Shown here: positions 24,691 through 36,587 of the stretch, piece by piece | Position numbering within the stretch: the first letter of the stretch is position 1 | Layout: every line of letters begins with the position of its first letter | Assembly (NCBI RefSeq): GCF_009834535.1 | Contig: NC_045697.1 | Location: 88,414,001-88,478,000, forward strand | DNA length: 64,000 nt | Reading direction: 5' to 3' | Source of the DNA: Camelus ferus | Lineage: Eukaryota | Program-made: the position numbers and the translations under genes | Notes under the pieces: generated by a model | The model's database searches: none | What the model saw: only the letters and a program-made list of their open reading frames with translations | What the model was told of the DNA's origin: nothing

Positions 24691-26419
24691 TGTATTAGTA
24701 TGTGCATTTTCTTCTCTTTTGCCCAGCAGAGTACCTGACACAGAGTAAGTGCCCAATAAATCTTAATTAAATGAATAAACAAACCAGATTTTCTTTTCCT
24801 TCTACAGAGATAGGGTAAAATGTCATGGCAGTGACTGATACTCCCAAGGATGGATAATTTTGTCATGTATGAATGAAACTCTCAGAGGCAATTTTTAATT
24901 ATGAAATCCATAAAATGAACTTTTGTCTTCCTGAAAACAGCTTGCTGTTGCTATATAGAATCACCAAGAGTTGGAGAGGCTGGGGGTGTGTAACGCTTGT
25001 GACGTAAGTGATCACAGATTGAGACTGAGTATAAATTGGCTTAAGGCTATTCCTTGGTGTGATAATATCATTTCTTATGAGACCTTATTCAGAAGAGTTA
25101 TGCCTGAGTGTGATCATAGGAGATAAACTCTGCCATGTCTTTGAAAAAAGAGTACTTACATTTAAGTAAGATAAAAAATACATTATGAAAGACAAACTAA
25201 GACTCAGCCAATTGGGGTTTGTGAGTGTGAATGCAATGGAGAAATGTGAGTGAGGGAAACATTTTGGCAAGGGAAAAGGGGATTTTTTAAAATCACCAAA
25301 TTCAAATCTATCTTAAAAGTCCCTACATGTTGCTTAAAACAAAGGCTCTGATCCAATTTAATTAAATAACCTCTGTTAAATCCTTAGTCAAAAGCAGATT
25401 ATGGGAAAGCATATATGTCTTTTATCTTCTCTCTGCTTCATCTATTGGCCTTTCCAGTTTTTTTTCCCCCTAGATATTACACCATCAAAATGGATTGAAA
25501 GGAAACAAAACCTAACCTGTAATTCAAAGTGGATGCCTCATTTGAAGGTAATGGCTACAAAAGAAGAAAGATGAATGGAACAACCTTTTTGTGTGATACA
25601 TTTGTAGAAAATTTTCTATATAATCACTAACATGGGAAATTAGAGAGATCATATCTCTTTAGGTGTGCTCCCAGACTTCTAATAGTTACGGCTTTTTATT
25701 TCTTATTGTATTGAAATTACCTTATTTATGACTTTGCATCTCAGAACATATCTAAACATAAGGCTGTGCTATGGCTATTTTATTCATTTTTGTCTACAAC
25801 AAAGACTTGAAGTTGGAAATGTTGTGGTTACTGAACCACATGTCTCACACGTCTCAGGTAATAGTACATTAACTTAGTACTGCTTTCACTGAAACAAAAT
25901 ATAGCAATAGTATATTGTCAGGATGGAGTGAACTTACAATGTCCAAATAGTGTCACATTCACTTAAAAATCTCACGTAAAGAGAGAATTCAAAGGGCCAC
26001 ATTTATATGTGCAACACCTGGAGCTTTTAGGTCCTTGAAAATGCTAACAAGAAGGAAATAGATAAGATAAATTCACATATTATTTTAGCCAAAATGAAGA
26101 ATCTGTTTTTCTTTAACATTCAATATATAGCTTAATGTCTGCATCTGTTAGCAGATAAAACCTGTCGGCATGCCTTTTTCTCAAGCTTCTTTCCTGTATT
26201 TCCAGGAACCATGTATCAACTCAGGACTGAATCCTCAGTCCTGGCTTCCTGAAATGTCCTGCTAGCTATTGTCTTAGACACACCTACCTTCTTCTGTGCT
26301 ACTGAAATGGCTTTATAAGTTGGCCTGTATTAAAAAAAATCTTTAGTATCATCTCATTCTACAAGTAATTGATCTTAGAAATATTCACATCTCTCAATCT
26401 AGAAATTATTTAATAAATC

Positions 26420-27258
26420 CAGCAGTCCCCCCTTATCCACAAGGCATACGCTCTAAAACCCCAGTGGATGCCTGAAAATGCAGTTACTACTGAACCCTAG
26501 ACACACTGTTTTATCCTACATAGACATACCTACGATAAAGCTTAATTTATAAATTAGGTGCACTAAGAGACTGAGAGCAATGACCGATAATAAAGTAGAA
26601 CAATTTTAACAATACACTGTAATAGAAGTTTTGTGAATGTGGTGTCTCTCACTCTCAATGTATCTTAATGTACATCTTATTTAACGTCTTTCCATCTTTT
26701 CCATCTTAACTAAGCACTTGTGCACTGTAACATTTGTAGTTTGAGATGTGACAGCAAAATGAGCACACATTTCTTTTTCTTTCTTCACAATTTCACAGAG
26801 AGAAAAATTGTTCTTACTGTAGACCTTAGCAACCTCAACATAGGAATTTTTTTTCCTTTCCTTATTAGATAGAGAATTTCTACCTTTTCACTTAAAGGGA
26901 GCACTTTATGGCTTCTCTTTTGCATATCCGAACTGCCAACATCACTACTTTTGCAAGTTGGGCCATTACTAAGTAAAATAAGGATGATAAGCATTGTGCT
27001 ACCTGGATGGTCGATCTGATAACTGAGATGGTTATTAAGCGAAGAGTGGGTGGGATGCTCTAGACAAAGGATGATTCACGTCCCAGGAAGGATGAATGGG
27101 ATGGTGCAAGATTTCATCATACCACTCAGGATGACACAGTGTTTAAAACATATGAAATGCTGACTTCTGGAGTTTTCCATTTAATATTTTCAGATTGTGG
27201 TTGACCAAGGGTAACTGAAACCTTGGAGAGTGAAACTGCAGGTAAGAGAGGAGTACTG
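26420..27258. mobile_element. Tigger7/MER44-family DNA transposon with a transposase N-terminal remnant
   Basis: TIRs cagcagtccccccttatcc ... ggtaagagaggagtactg(TA). Minus-strand ORF 26785..26994 contains MQKRSHKVLPLSEKVEILYLIRKGKK, a pogo/CENP-B-type HTH start. Confidence 0.9.
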
Positions 27259-27594
27259 TAGTAAGAAAAATATAGCTAGTTGTAAAATTATCTTAACCAT
27301 TCCTCAAAGTCTTATTAACAGATGCATCTTGCAATGTTTCAGACAACTGCTCCCACAGTCAGTCACAGGTTCTTGCTGCATTGTGCTAGGCATTTAGAGG
27401 ACAACTAAAGGTCTGTTTCCTGACTGTAAAGAGCTTGCAAGGTTTATTCTGATAAAGTGTATCTGTCTTTAATCTGAATCCAAATATGAAAAGGTAAATT
27501 CTCACTGGGAATGATGTACAATTTGGCATCTAGGGTAGGTAAAGGCACGGACAAATATTGGAGGGAGGTGTGTTTTAGCAACTAGGAATATGCA

Positions 27595-27766
27595 TATAGG
27601 AGGGAAAAAATACCTTTTCCTGTACCCAGTTTAGGTTCTCTGGCTAGGACCTTGTAAATTAGACTGTCTGCAGCCACTGGTTCTTAATGGCCTTTAGCTC
27701 AGAAAATCCAGATGTCAAAGAGGCATGTTTGGGGATAACATATTCTGGTGGAGTTGATCCCTACTT
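27595..27766 (-). mobile_element. Internally deleted ERV1 LTR (MER34/MER39-like), both termini retained
   Basis: The reverse complement begins gtagggatc...ccagaatatgttatccccaaacatgcctctttgacat and ends ...gggtacaggaaaaggtattttttccctccctata. Both ends parallel the LTR at 29003-29702. tgca flanks both sides. Confidence 0.7.
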
Positions 27767-29002
27767 TGCAATGAAGGGTCATAACTTTGGCCCAAACACA
27801 ATTGACCAGTTAGAGTTCAATTCACCTTTTTTTCACTTTTATTTTCATGAGAGGTAAAGGCTTTTTTTATCTCAATTTCATTTTACTTATGTGTTGTATC
27901 CATTAAATTTATCTGAATCACTTTAAAGTGAATAGAGAAATTCTGATTCTGTATAGCTAATTGCATATACCTAACTGCAGCTGAATACTTAGCTAAAATG
28001 ACTAATGATACTAAATAAAGGTATGTGACAAAGAGAAAGGAAAGTGAAAATTTGAGAGTTTCTGTTGCAATATTGCAAGTTTATCTTATGTGAAATATTC
28101 AGAGCAGCCTCGGTGCTTAGAGAGTATTGGCAAAAACCATATAAATAAAAACAAAATCAATAAACTATATTTAGATCATCACAGAGAAGAATGACCCTTC
28201 GGAAGTGGCTATTACTGCAGTTTTTAACCGTGATCTTACCAGTAGGAGTAATGAGATTGATGAATATTGCTACTGAGACAAGGTATAATTTTTGTCTTAT
28301 TAAATGCGTATTCTAAATGTTCATCAGACCGTACTAAGTTTGTTTCCTGGTGTTCCTGCTATAGTGATTTTTTTCCCCATTATTTTTCTATTGCTAAGAA
28401 TACACATTGTGTAACTACGGTCTCTTTGTGACCTCGGACTGTTAGTACCAATTATAATTTAAATAGCCCAGGCAAAGAAAATTTAAATTTGAACCAGTAA
28501 ATAGCTGTCATCAACACATTGCTGAAACAAAGTCTTTTAGGGGCCCAAACGAGGTGCGTTAACATTCAGACTCAGCAGGCTAAGAATGAAAGTAGCTGAA
28601 TTTAAAATAACATTTTTTTTTCTTTTAGTAATCTTGATAAATGTACTTCTAAGTAATATAATTGGGTTTTGATTAATCAAAAAAAAAGTTATCCCTAGCA
28701 TGGAATAAATTCAGGTAGGGAAATAAGAGATTTAAAATTGTAGTAGTCAAAGAACGAGAATAATTTTCCTACATTTCAACAAAGCTCAGGTCCTTTATCT
28801 ATCTATTAAAATAAGCAAATGTTGCTTTTACCAGTAAAAAGGATGCTTTGATTCTCTCAGTAGAAATGCTTTTCCCATTGTTTGTCTGGTAGGGGTGATG
28901 AATTTACATTAAGCATCCCCAGTATCAACTCATTTCCTTCATTTTAAAGAGCACTGGCTTTGGGGAAAATCTGCTCCTAAATAAGGGAGAGCATCAAGGG
29001 TC

Positions 29003-29702
29003 TGATGAGGACCAGAATATACCCCCCCAAATATGCCACTTTGACATAAGGATTATGTTGAACTAAACATCGGTTCTCTTTTGTGCGTGTCTGGAGCGGG
29101 GGTGATTAGATTTTTTTTTTTTTTTTTGAGGAGGTACGAGGGATTGAACTTGGGACTTTGTGCATGCTGCATGCACTCTACCGCTTGAGCTATATATATT
29201 CCTCTCCCTCTACATTGAACTAAAGATCATTGAAAACCACAGGTGCAAGGAAAGCTCTTTACCACCCCACTAACTGCCTACAAAAAGGCGTACATTTCCT
29301 CTTTTGTAAAGAAAATTTACGTTAATAACATAAATTTCCATTTGTAAATCTGTCTCTGTACCAGGAAGAGAGCTATTCCTGCAGACAATCCTGACCACCC
29401 GAGAGACTCTTTCCTGCCTAAGACAACTCTTATTTGCCACAGTTTCCTCCCCTCCCCTCCCCATAGCTTGCCTCCCCTACCCAGAAGCCCAAAACCCTTT
29501 TCCTTTGTGTAGCCTAAAATATTCTACAAGTCTCAATCATCTGGCCTCCTCCATCAGTCTTCTTTCTTTTGGAAACTCCCACGCGTATACACAGAGTTAC
29601 AAGTTTTTTTCTCCTGTCAGTCTCTCTTTTATCAGTTTGATTGTCAGCTCTCAGCCATTGAATCTAAGAGGGTAGAGGGAAAAAAGTTTAACCTCTCCTA
29701 CA
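29003..29702 (+). mobile_element. ERV1 solo LTR (MER34/MER39-like) interrupted by a SINE
   Basis: TG...CA termini; tgatgaggaccagaatatacccccccaaatatgccactttgacataaggattat...gggtagagggaaaaaagtttaacctctcctaca. Confidence 0.8.
29068..29210 (-). mobile_element. tRNA-Ala-derived SINE (Vic-1 type) nested in the LTR
   Basis: Antisense tRNA head gaggtacgagggattgaacttgggactttgtgcatgctgcatgcactctaccgcttgagctata. TSD ttgaactaaa at 29058-29067 and 29215-29224. Confidence 0.9.
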
Positions 29703-29898
29703 AGTTCAAAGGGCCCAAGGTACATTAAAAAGGTGGCCCCTAGAAATTGTCAGGAAGGAGGAAAGGAATTCATAAAAAAGAAACTCTAGGGTCTTCAGGA
29801 TTGAACAAGTCTCCAGTAGGCATATCAGGGAAGGACATAAGAGACAAAAAGCATGTTGCAGTGGCATGAAATCATGAAAGCGCATTCTGTGTTTAACC

Positions 29899-30348
29899 TG
29901 TTAAAGAAGAAAACCATGGGCCCAAAACGGCATCACTTGTGCTAAAAGCCCATGATACCAAATCGGATTTAACAGCTAACCTAATTGGAGCTTTGACCTT
30001 CCTCAGAAATGTAATATTAACCATTTTGGAGTTTTCTGCTCAGCACTGATGTGGTAATCGGTCACATGAGCCCTCTTCATCCCTGAGGGCGAAGATGCCA
30101 TCTGCATGATTAAACTCCTGCCGGCCCTCCCTCCCCAGTCAGAAGATGCCCTGGCCTGAAAATGATCCTTTCTTTTCGTTTGCTAATAGATCCCTTACCC
30201 CGCCCGTCTTCCTATAAAAATCTTGTATTTTGTATAACCCCTAAGAGCACCCTTCTAGTTGCTGGATGGGATGTTGCCTGATTCACAAATCATTCAATAA
30301 AACCAGTTGGATCTTCAAATTTACTCAGTTGAATTTTGTTTCTTAACA
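29899..30348 (+). mobile_element. ERV solo LTR (ERV1-like)
   Basis: Inverted termini tgttaaagaa...ttcttaaca, internal TATA (cctataaaa ~30212), AATAAA (~30297), length 450 bp. Confidence 0.8.
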
Positions 30349-30812
30349 AAAGAAAGTTGGCTGTAGTTGAGGGTCTCTGGGATGGAGGGTGCTGGGAAAG
30401 CAGTGCAGACTTGTTAAGGTTATACTTGCTCATGCAGCATCAGGAAGATAGTAAGAGCTTTTAGCCAAGTTATGTAGGTGCTTACATGATACGCTTCTAA
30501 AACTTTCTTTTATGACTTTATTATTTTATTAAAGTTACATATATAAATGCTTTCTAATGGCAATATTTCTATAAAGCTTTTGGTGATAAACAGGTTTTTC
30601 TTTTTTCCATTGTTTTCCACTCTTCCTTTCCCCTCCCCTCCCTACGATTCCCTGGAAGTAACCCTGGAGGTAACCATCTTCAACTCTCAACTGTTTCTTC
30701 TTGTATTTGCTGTATGCTCCAAATTCCTAAGTAATGTGATTATGTTCATTTTAAAAATTAGTTTTATATATTAGCTTTTGATTTACACTATAGAAGATGA
30801 AAATTTAATAGT

Positions 30813-31140
30813 TGTCTTAATTTGTTCAGTCTGTTATAACAAAAACACCACAGACTGGGTGGCTTATAAGCAATTAACATTTACTTCTCACAGTTCTGGG
30901 GGTTGGAAGTCCAAGATTAGGGCATCAGCATAGTCCAGCAAGGGTCCTCTTCTAGGTCCCCATTTCCTGTTGTATCCTCACTTCGCAGAAGGGGCAAGGA
31001 AGCTCTCTCAGATCTTTTTTCATAAGGGCACTAATAACCCTACTCATCTCCTCAGTACCCCATCTACTAAGATGACTACATTAGGCATTAGGATTTCAAC
31101 ACATGAATTTGGGGGTGACACAAATGTTCAGACTATAGCA
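30813..31140 (-). mobile_element. MaLR solo LTR (MLT1A/MST-like)
   Basis: tgtcttaatttgttcagtctgttataacaaaaacaccacagactgggtggctt...tctcacagttctgggggttggaagtccaagat...gactatagca. Near-perfect 5-bp TSD atagt/atagc. Confidence 0.9.
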
Positions 31141-31551
31141 ATAGCCTTGCAACTATATCCCTCACATGCCTTCTGCCAATTGTCCTTTCTCATATCTCAG
31201 TACAGTTATTTCATTATTTTTTATTATTGATTTAATACATTTATTATTAGGCCTATGGTTCAATGCTGAGCTATGTAATGACTATTTTTGTATTCCTGTA
31301 CAAATTTTTGCTTTTCCTTGAATTTATAATAATCAATTTTTGCTTTTTTCCTTTCTTGTTTTCTTTATATCTGAATTATCTCAAACGTTTTCTCAAAAAT
31401 TGACATTTTCTCAATTTGTTCAAATAAATCAAGTCATCTATAAACTTCTCCCTCAAACTTTACAATTTTTCTTTATGTGTATAAATGTCATGTCTCCTCT
31501 GGAACTCTCTAACTTCAAATGCCCATTTGATCAATCTCTATTCCTTTCTTA

Positions 31552-31830
31552 ATGAATTCAATCAACACAGTGCATTTCTACTGTGAATTAGACACAGTGC
31601 TAAATTTTGGTGGTAAAAAGTGAACAAGATAGACAGGAACCCTGACTTCATAGAGCTTATAGTTCAGTGAAGAAAATAGTGTTAAGAATTAACAATAAAT
31701 TGTTAATTTAAAATGTCACAGGCCAAGTATCATGAAGCCAATAACAGGGGCAAACATAGACAGAGTAACAAAGCTGGGGAGTGAGGACTTGTTTTATGTA
31801 GAGTGGTCAGGCAAGGTCTTTCCAGATATA
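31552..31830 (-). mobile_element. LINE-2 3' remnant
   Basis: aaaagtgaacaagatagacaggaaccctgacttcatagagcttatagttcagtg...gagtggtcaggcaaggtctttcc. Confidence 0.7.
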
Positions 31831-32101
31831 TTATTTATCATCATTTCTTTATAGGTGAGAGAAATGAAGTTCTGATGGGGTGAGTGATGAGAACTGAAAC
31901 CAACATTTATAAGGAAACCAATGGATATACTTTCCTTCTTCCTATTATAAGCGATACCAGGAATATATTTTCCTTTCTCATGTTAACAATACCGACACCA
32001 AGAAAAGATAATGCACGCACTTACTCCAGAAGGTACCTACTCCTAGAAGAAAAAACTACAAACCAACTAAAGATTTTACTTATCAAGATGTCATCTTTCT
32101 T

Positions 32102-32245
32102 TTAATTAATTAATTAATTAATTAATTGGGGGTAATTAGGTTTACTTATTTATTTACTTTTTGGAAGAGGTACTGGGGATTGATCCCAGGACCTCGTGCA
32201 TGCTAAGCATGTACTCTACCACTTAAGCTATATCCTCCCCCCTAT
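32102..32245 (-). mobile_element. Young full-length tRNA-Ala-derived SINE (Vic-1 type) with a perfect 15-bp TSD
   Basis: Reverse complement GGGGGGAGGATATAGCTTAAGTGGTAGAGTACATGCTTAGCATGCACGAGGTCCTGGGATCAATCCCCAGTACCTC. TSD gatgtcatctttctt at 32087-32101 and 32246-32260. Confidence 0.95.
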
Positions 32246-34084
32246 GATGTCATCTTTCTTATCAGAATTGCTTAAAAAATGCTTGCTTCCTGTGCCACTG
32301 ATCCAAAGCTATTAAATTATAAAATGTACACAAGCTCAACCAGTTCTCTCCTTGTGAGGCTCACCTTAACATCACCAAGGCTAATGTCCTAATTTTCCAC
32401 ATTAAGACCTTCTAAGAGACTGTCACCATGGTCCCCCCTCCCCATGACAAGGTAAGGACAACGACCTTTCCTTTGCTGGTGGTCTTTTGAGGAGCCAACA
32501 GTTGACAGTGACAGGCCGATAATCAGAGTAATAGTGTGTGGAGAACCCAATCTCTAACCTAGCAATATGAGTAGACAGTCTTTATATCTACTCTCAAATT
32601 CAGCCTCAACCCAAATTTGCACTTTACTACCCTAGTGTCATATTTTTCTCCCACCTCTTAAGAAAACAATGATCCTTTAAAACCAGCTTCCTTCTTGGCT
32701 CATGGCTTAGTCTTTTCCCAGTTCCTGAGCAGACTTCTCTTTGATTCTAGCATTTTCAGGTACCTAACTGGAGCTAATTTTAATATTCAAAGAAGTGTTT
32801 CAAAAACAGAGACTCTTTAAACTCTGGTTTAAAACTGTGTGTAGTAAAATTTCATAAGATGAAATTCAAATTTTACAGCCTGGCAATTGTAACATCTATA
32901 ACTTCTTAAAAATGAAACTTTTCTATGGCTTTGACATACTGAAATTTCTATAAGGCCACTCAGGGTTTATAGATAAATAAAACCTGTTGAGTGTAATAAA
33001 AGTCAGTAGGAACTGTGGGCAACTGCAGAGTGAATGTTCCATCTAATCTGCTAAGTTTCAGCAGATTTTTATCATGTGGGAAATAGGGCCAATTTTGTCA
33101 GATAATTTTTAGACAGAGATTGTCTAGGTAAAGTCTCTCTCTCTCTCGTTTTTTTTTTTAGAGATGTGGGCAACTAGCAAATATTTGAAAACTACTCTGC
33201 TTGCCAAACAAAACCAAAGGTAGGACTCAGCCTCCAGTTGCAATGTCTGTCTGCTCAAAATTGATTTGTTGACTCTGCCCCAGGTAACTCTTCATTACTG
33301 ATTCCTTAGCCTTCTCATGACGTTTATTTAACTTTAAGTATTTCTTCCTCTGTACCTACTCAAATATGCCATTTTTCAAGTTCTAGGTCAATTTTCACCT
33401 CCTCTCTCCTATCTCTCCTGCTCCAATATCAGCCTCCACTGGGAAAACATATATTTATTACCAGATGGTCTAATTTGTGACTTTATCATATACTACCTTT
33501 AATTTTACTGTTAGTTCTGATAAGATTTCTTATCAAAGATGAAACTTTTTTTGTGGAAAAGACCCTAGGAAATTTTCAGTCCAACTCCCATTATGTAGAG
33601 ACTTGGAAAGGATCCCCTAACTTCATATCGCTAGTTGATTACAGATTCCAGAGGCTTTTTTAATTGCCTTGAATATAGTAGGTGTTGGATACACACAAAA
33701 TGACTGACTAAAAAAATGTCTATCATTGTAATAAATGCCTTCTTTAGACTTTGTTGCTATTTCTTAACATTTAAATGCAAAATTCTAGATTCAACAATGA
33801 AATCATGTTTTATAGTGTTATCTATAGATTATACCCTTCTAAAAAAGAGTTATGTTTTTATTTCTCAAAAAAAATCTAAAACAATGGTTTGTTTTTATAA
33901 TCCGTGTTAAGCAGAGGAAAATGAGTGCGCAAATTGCTTTTTTTAAATAAACTGTAGCTGCACCTCTATTTAGATTTAGAGACAGTTTTAACTGAATTAA
34001 CCGTTTTTCCTTCAGAATTTTGAAGTTGTTTACCCATTCAAAACATTGGTATTTTTTCCCAGGTGACTATTTCTAATGATAGGT

Positions 34085-36580
34085 GTTACTTTTTAAATTA
34101 TGAAATATCTCTAATTCATAGGAAAATATTAAAATCATATCACCTATGCCCATATAATCACCACTCAGGTCTAACATAAATGGAGATTTTGCAATATTTG
34201 CTCCAATCTGAAAAATTTAAGGAGACATTGTCATCCTGACCAGGGCTAGCCTATTAAAACATATATTACAATTACCAGGGAAGTACTGGTCATAATATTT
34301 AGTAGAAGAGAATGGACTGAAATAAATGATTAGACTGCAGACAAACACAGCATTATAGGACTCTACATCCTTTAAAATCTGAATCTGATTTTTTAAAATA
34401 TCAGATAGAAATCCATCAGTTCATGGCACATTATCATTTTTTTTTTGCAGACCCCTTTTATTTAATGGTTATATTCCCTTTTATCTCCATATCGTACTCC
34501 CATTTCTCTTCCTCTGTGAGCAACAATGACTGAATAAAGATGATTATAAATACTGTGGCACGTCTCCCATCAAAAGATGGGGTCTCCTTCTCCTTAACTG
34601 GTCCAAGAGCAACTATGTGATCCCAACTAAGTGACTGCAACTATGACGAAAGTGATGCAACACAAACTCCTGGACTAGCTTTAAGAGTACTGGCAGCATC
34701 TGTCTTGCTCTTATGATCCATCTACCTTGCTGGAGAAACCATGTAGACAGGCCTGAGTGTACAATTGAACAGGAGAGCATCCCAGTGGAGCCACACCTTC
34801 TGGTGTCTTGGCCAAGGTGTTGAAAATGTGAAAGGATAGGTCTTGGCCCTAGAGAACAACCCAGCTACTAATATAATACTTCTAACACCTTCCATGTGTA
34901 AGAAGTAGGCACAGGGGTCACCTACTCAAGCCGTAGCTGAGCTCCTGACTCAGATTTGTGAGCAAAATGAGGAATTGTTGTTGATTAAATTTTAGAGCAG
35001 TTTTGTTACTCAGCAAAAGACAGCTGAAACAACCACCATATTATTGTGTTTAACGTACATCTTTTTTCTTTTCCCCATGTATGTTTTTACAGAATATGTG
35101 TGTTTGTTTTGTGTGCAGGTATTTTGATTTTTTTGAACGTTATCATAAGATAGATCTCATTTTCTTTTCATCTAAGCACAATGTTTTTGATAGTCATTCC
35201 TGTTGCAATCTACACATTGATCTGTTACTTCTATTTGTTGTGTAAACGCCTGTTCATCCAGACATTTTGTTTGTTTTTTTTCTCCTAGTGACAGACACCC
35301 AGGTTGCCTCTAACTCCCAGCTGCTATACATAATGCTGTGATAAACATCCTGGCAGATTGTCTTTGCCTACTTGTGTGAGAATTTCTTTGAGTTTATAGG
35401 AGGAGAAAGACTCTATCATAGGTTATGTCTACACTTTATTGGCCTAAGTATTGACAGATTCTCTCCAGCAAGGCTGTGCCAGCCCATCCTCCCACTAGCA
35501 ATGTATGAGGTTCTTATATCACCACATTTCTCCAATAGTTGAAATTATCCAGCTCTCTGTTTTTTTCTGTGTACTATTTTTAAATGACAGCTATTTTTAA
35601 TATACATGTTTCTGATTGCAACTGATTTTGAAGGGCACTTTTTTGCATGTTGCCCTTTTGTGTTCCCTTGATTGTGAATTACCTGTTCATAGCTGTTACT
35701 ACTTTTCTATGAGGTTTACTGCCTTTTCTTGTTTTTCAGAAGCTCCTTGTATATCTGGAAATTAGTCACTTGTTTGCTTCAGATATTAAAAATATCTTGA
35801 TCCATTCTTTCATTGGTGTGTTCATTTTTCCTGGTGTCTTTCCTTGAAAGGATAACTTTATTTAAGTCTAATGAAATAATTGCTTTCTTGCCTTATGTGC
35901 TTTTGAAATTTTATTTAAGAATACTTTCACTGCTGCTAAGTCATAAGGACATTTATCTGAATTTCTTGTGTTTATTTCCTTTTCTCACTTCAATATTTCT
36001 TTTGCCTAGAATGCTCCCTCACATGTAGTGTTAGATTGGATTCTTATTTTATTTTTCTTTGTGTAGGGAGCGCTTTCCCTCCTCTCTTCCCACCCCCCAG
36101 ACTCTTCTACATGATGTGTCCTTCTTGCATTGATGTGCGATGTCATTTTTCTCTTTCAGTAAGTTGTTATATATACAATGATGTATTTCTAAATGACTCT
36201 CTTCCAATAATATACCTTTCTGTTCTTTATTCTAGTTTTTAAAAAGGTTGATTTAGTTATTGACAGAATGGTAATTTCAATTTCAATAAGTATCTTGTTG
36301 TTTAAAAACATTAACTCAAATTCTTATTTAGATTATACTGAATGTGCATTTTAATTTGGGCGGAATTGTTATCTTTACAATTTTTAAGTCAAGAGCGTGC
36401 AATGAAAAAAAAAAAGAGTGTGCAATGCCATTCATTTATTCAGAGCACCATCTTTGATTTTACATTAAAAAGATCTTTCTGATGGAGTTTTCATATATCT
36501 TTCTGTAAGTTAATTTGTAAAAACTATGTATTTTGTTGTTATTGTGAACAATATCTTAATTATTACTACACTTTCTGGTT
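34085..36580 (-). mobile_element. Old fragmented L1 (L1ME-like 3' UTR/ORF2), interrupted by an MLT1 LTR
   Basis: Antisense L1 text such as aatgctgtgataaacatcct, cccactagcaatgtatgaggttc, gtgaattacctgttcatag, tccttgtatatctggaaattagtc and ttaatttgggcggaattgttatctttacaat. Confidence 0.75.
34553..35031 (+). mobile_element. MaLR LTR (MLT1H/I-like)
   Basis: ctcccatcaaaagatggggtct...gcagcatctgtcttgctctt...ttttgttactcagcaaaagacagctgaaaca. Confidence 0.75.
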
Positions 36581-36587
36581 AGTGAAC

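Noticed and set aside
26222..26243. 9-bp stem hairpin caggactga-atcc-tcagtcctg
   Set aside because: A stem this short is expected by chance in 64 kb, and intrinsic terminators are not relevant in a mammal.
28175..28283. Short open frame MTLRKWLLLQFLTVILPVGVMRLMNIATETR resembling a signal peptide or exon
   Set aside because: Weak splice sites, no recognised homology, and a length expected by chance.
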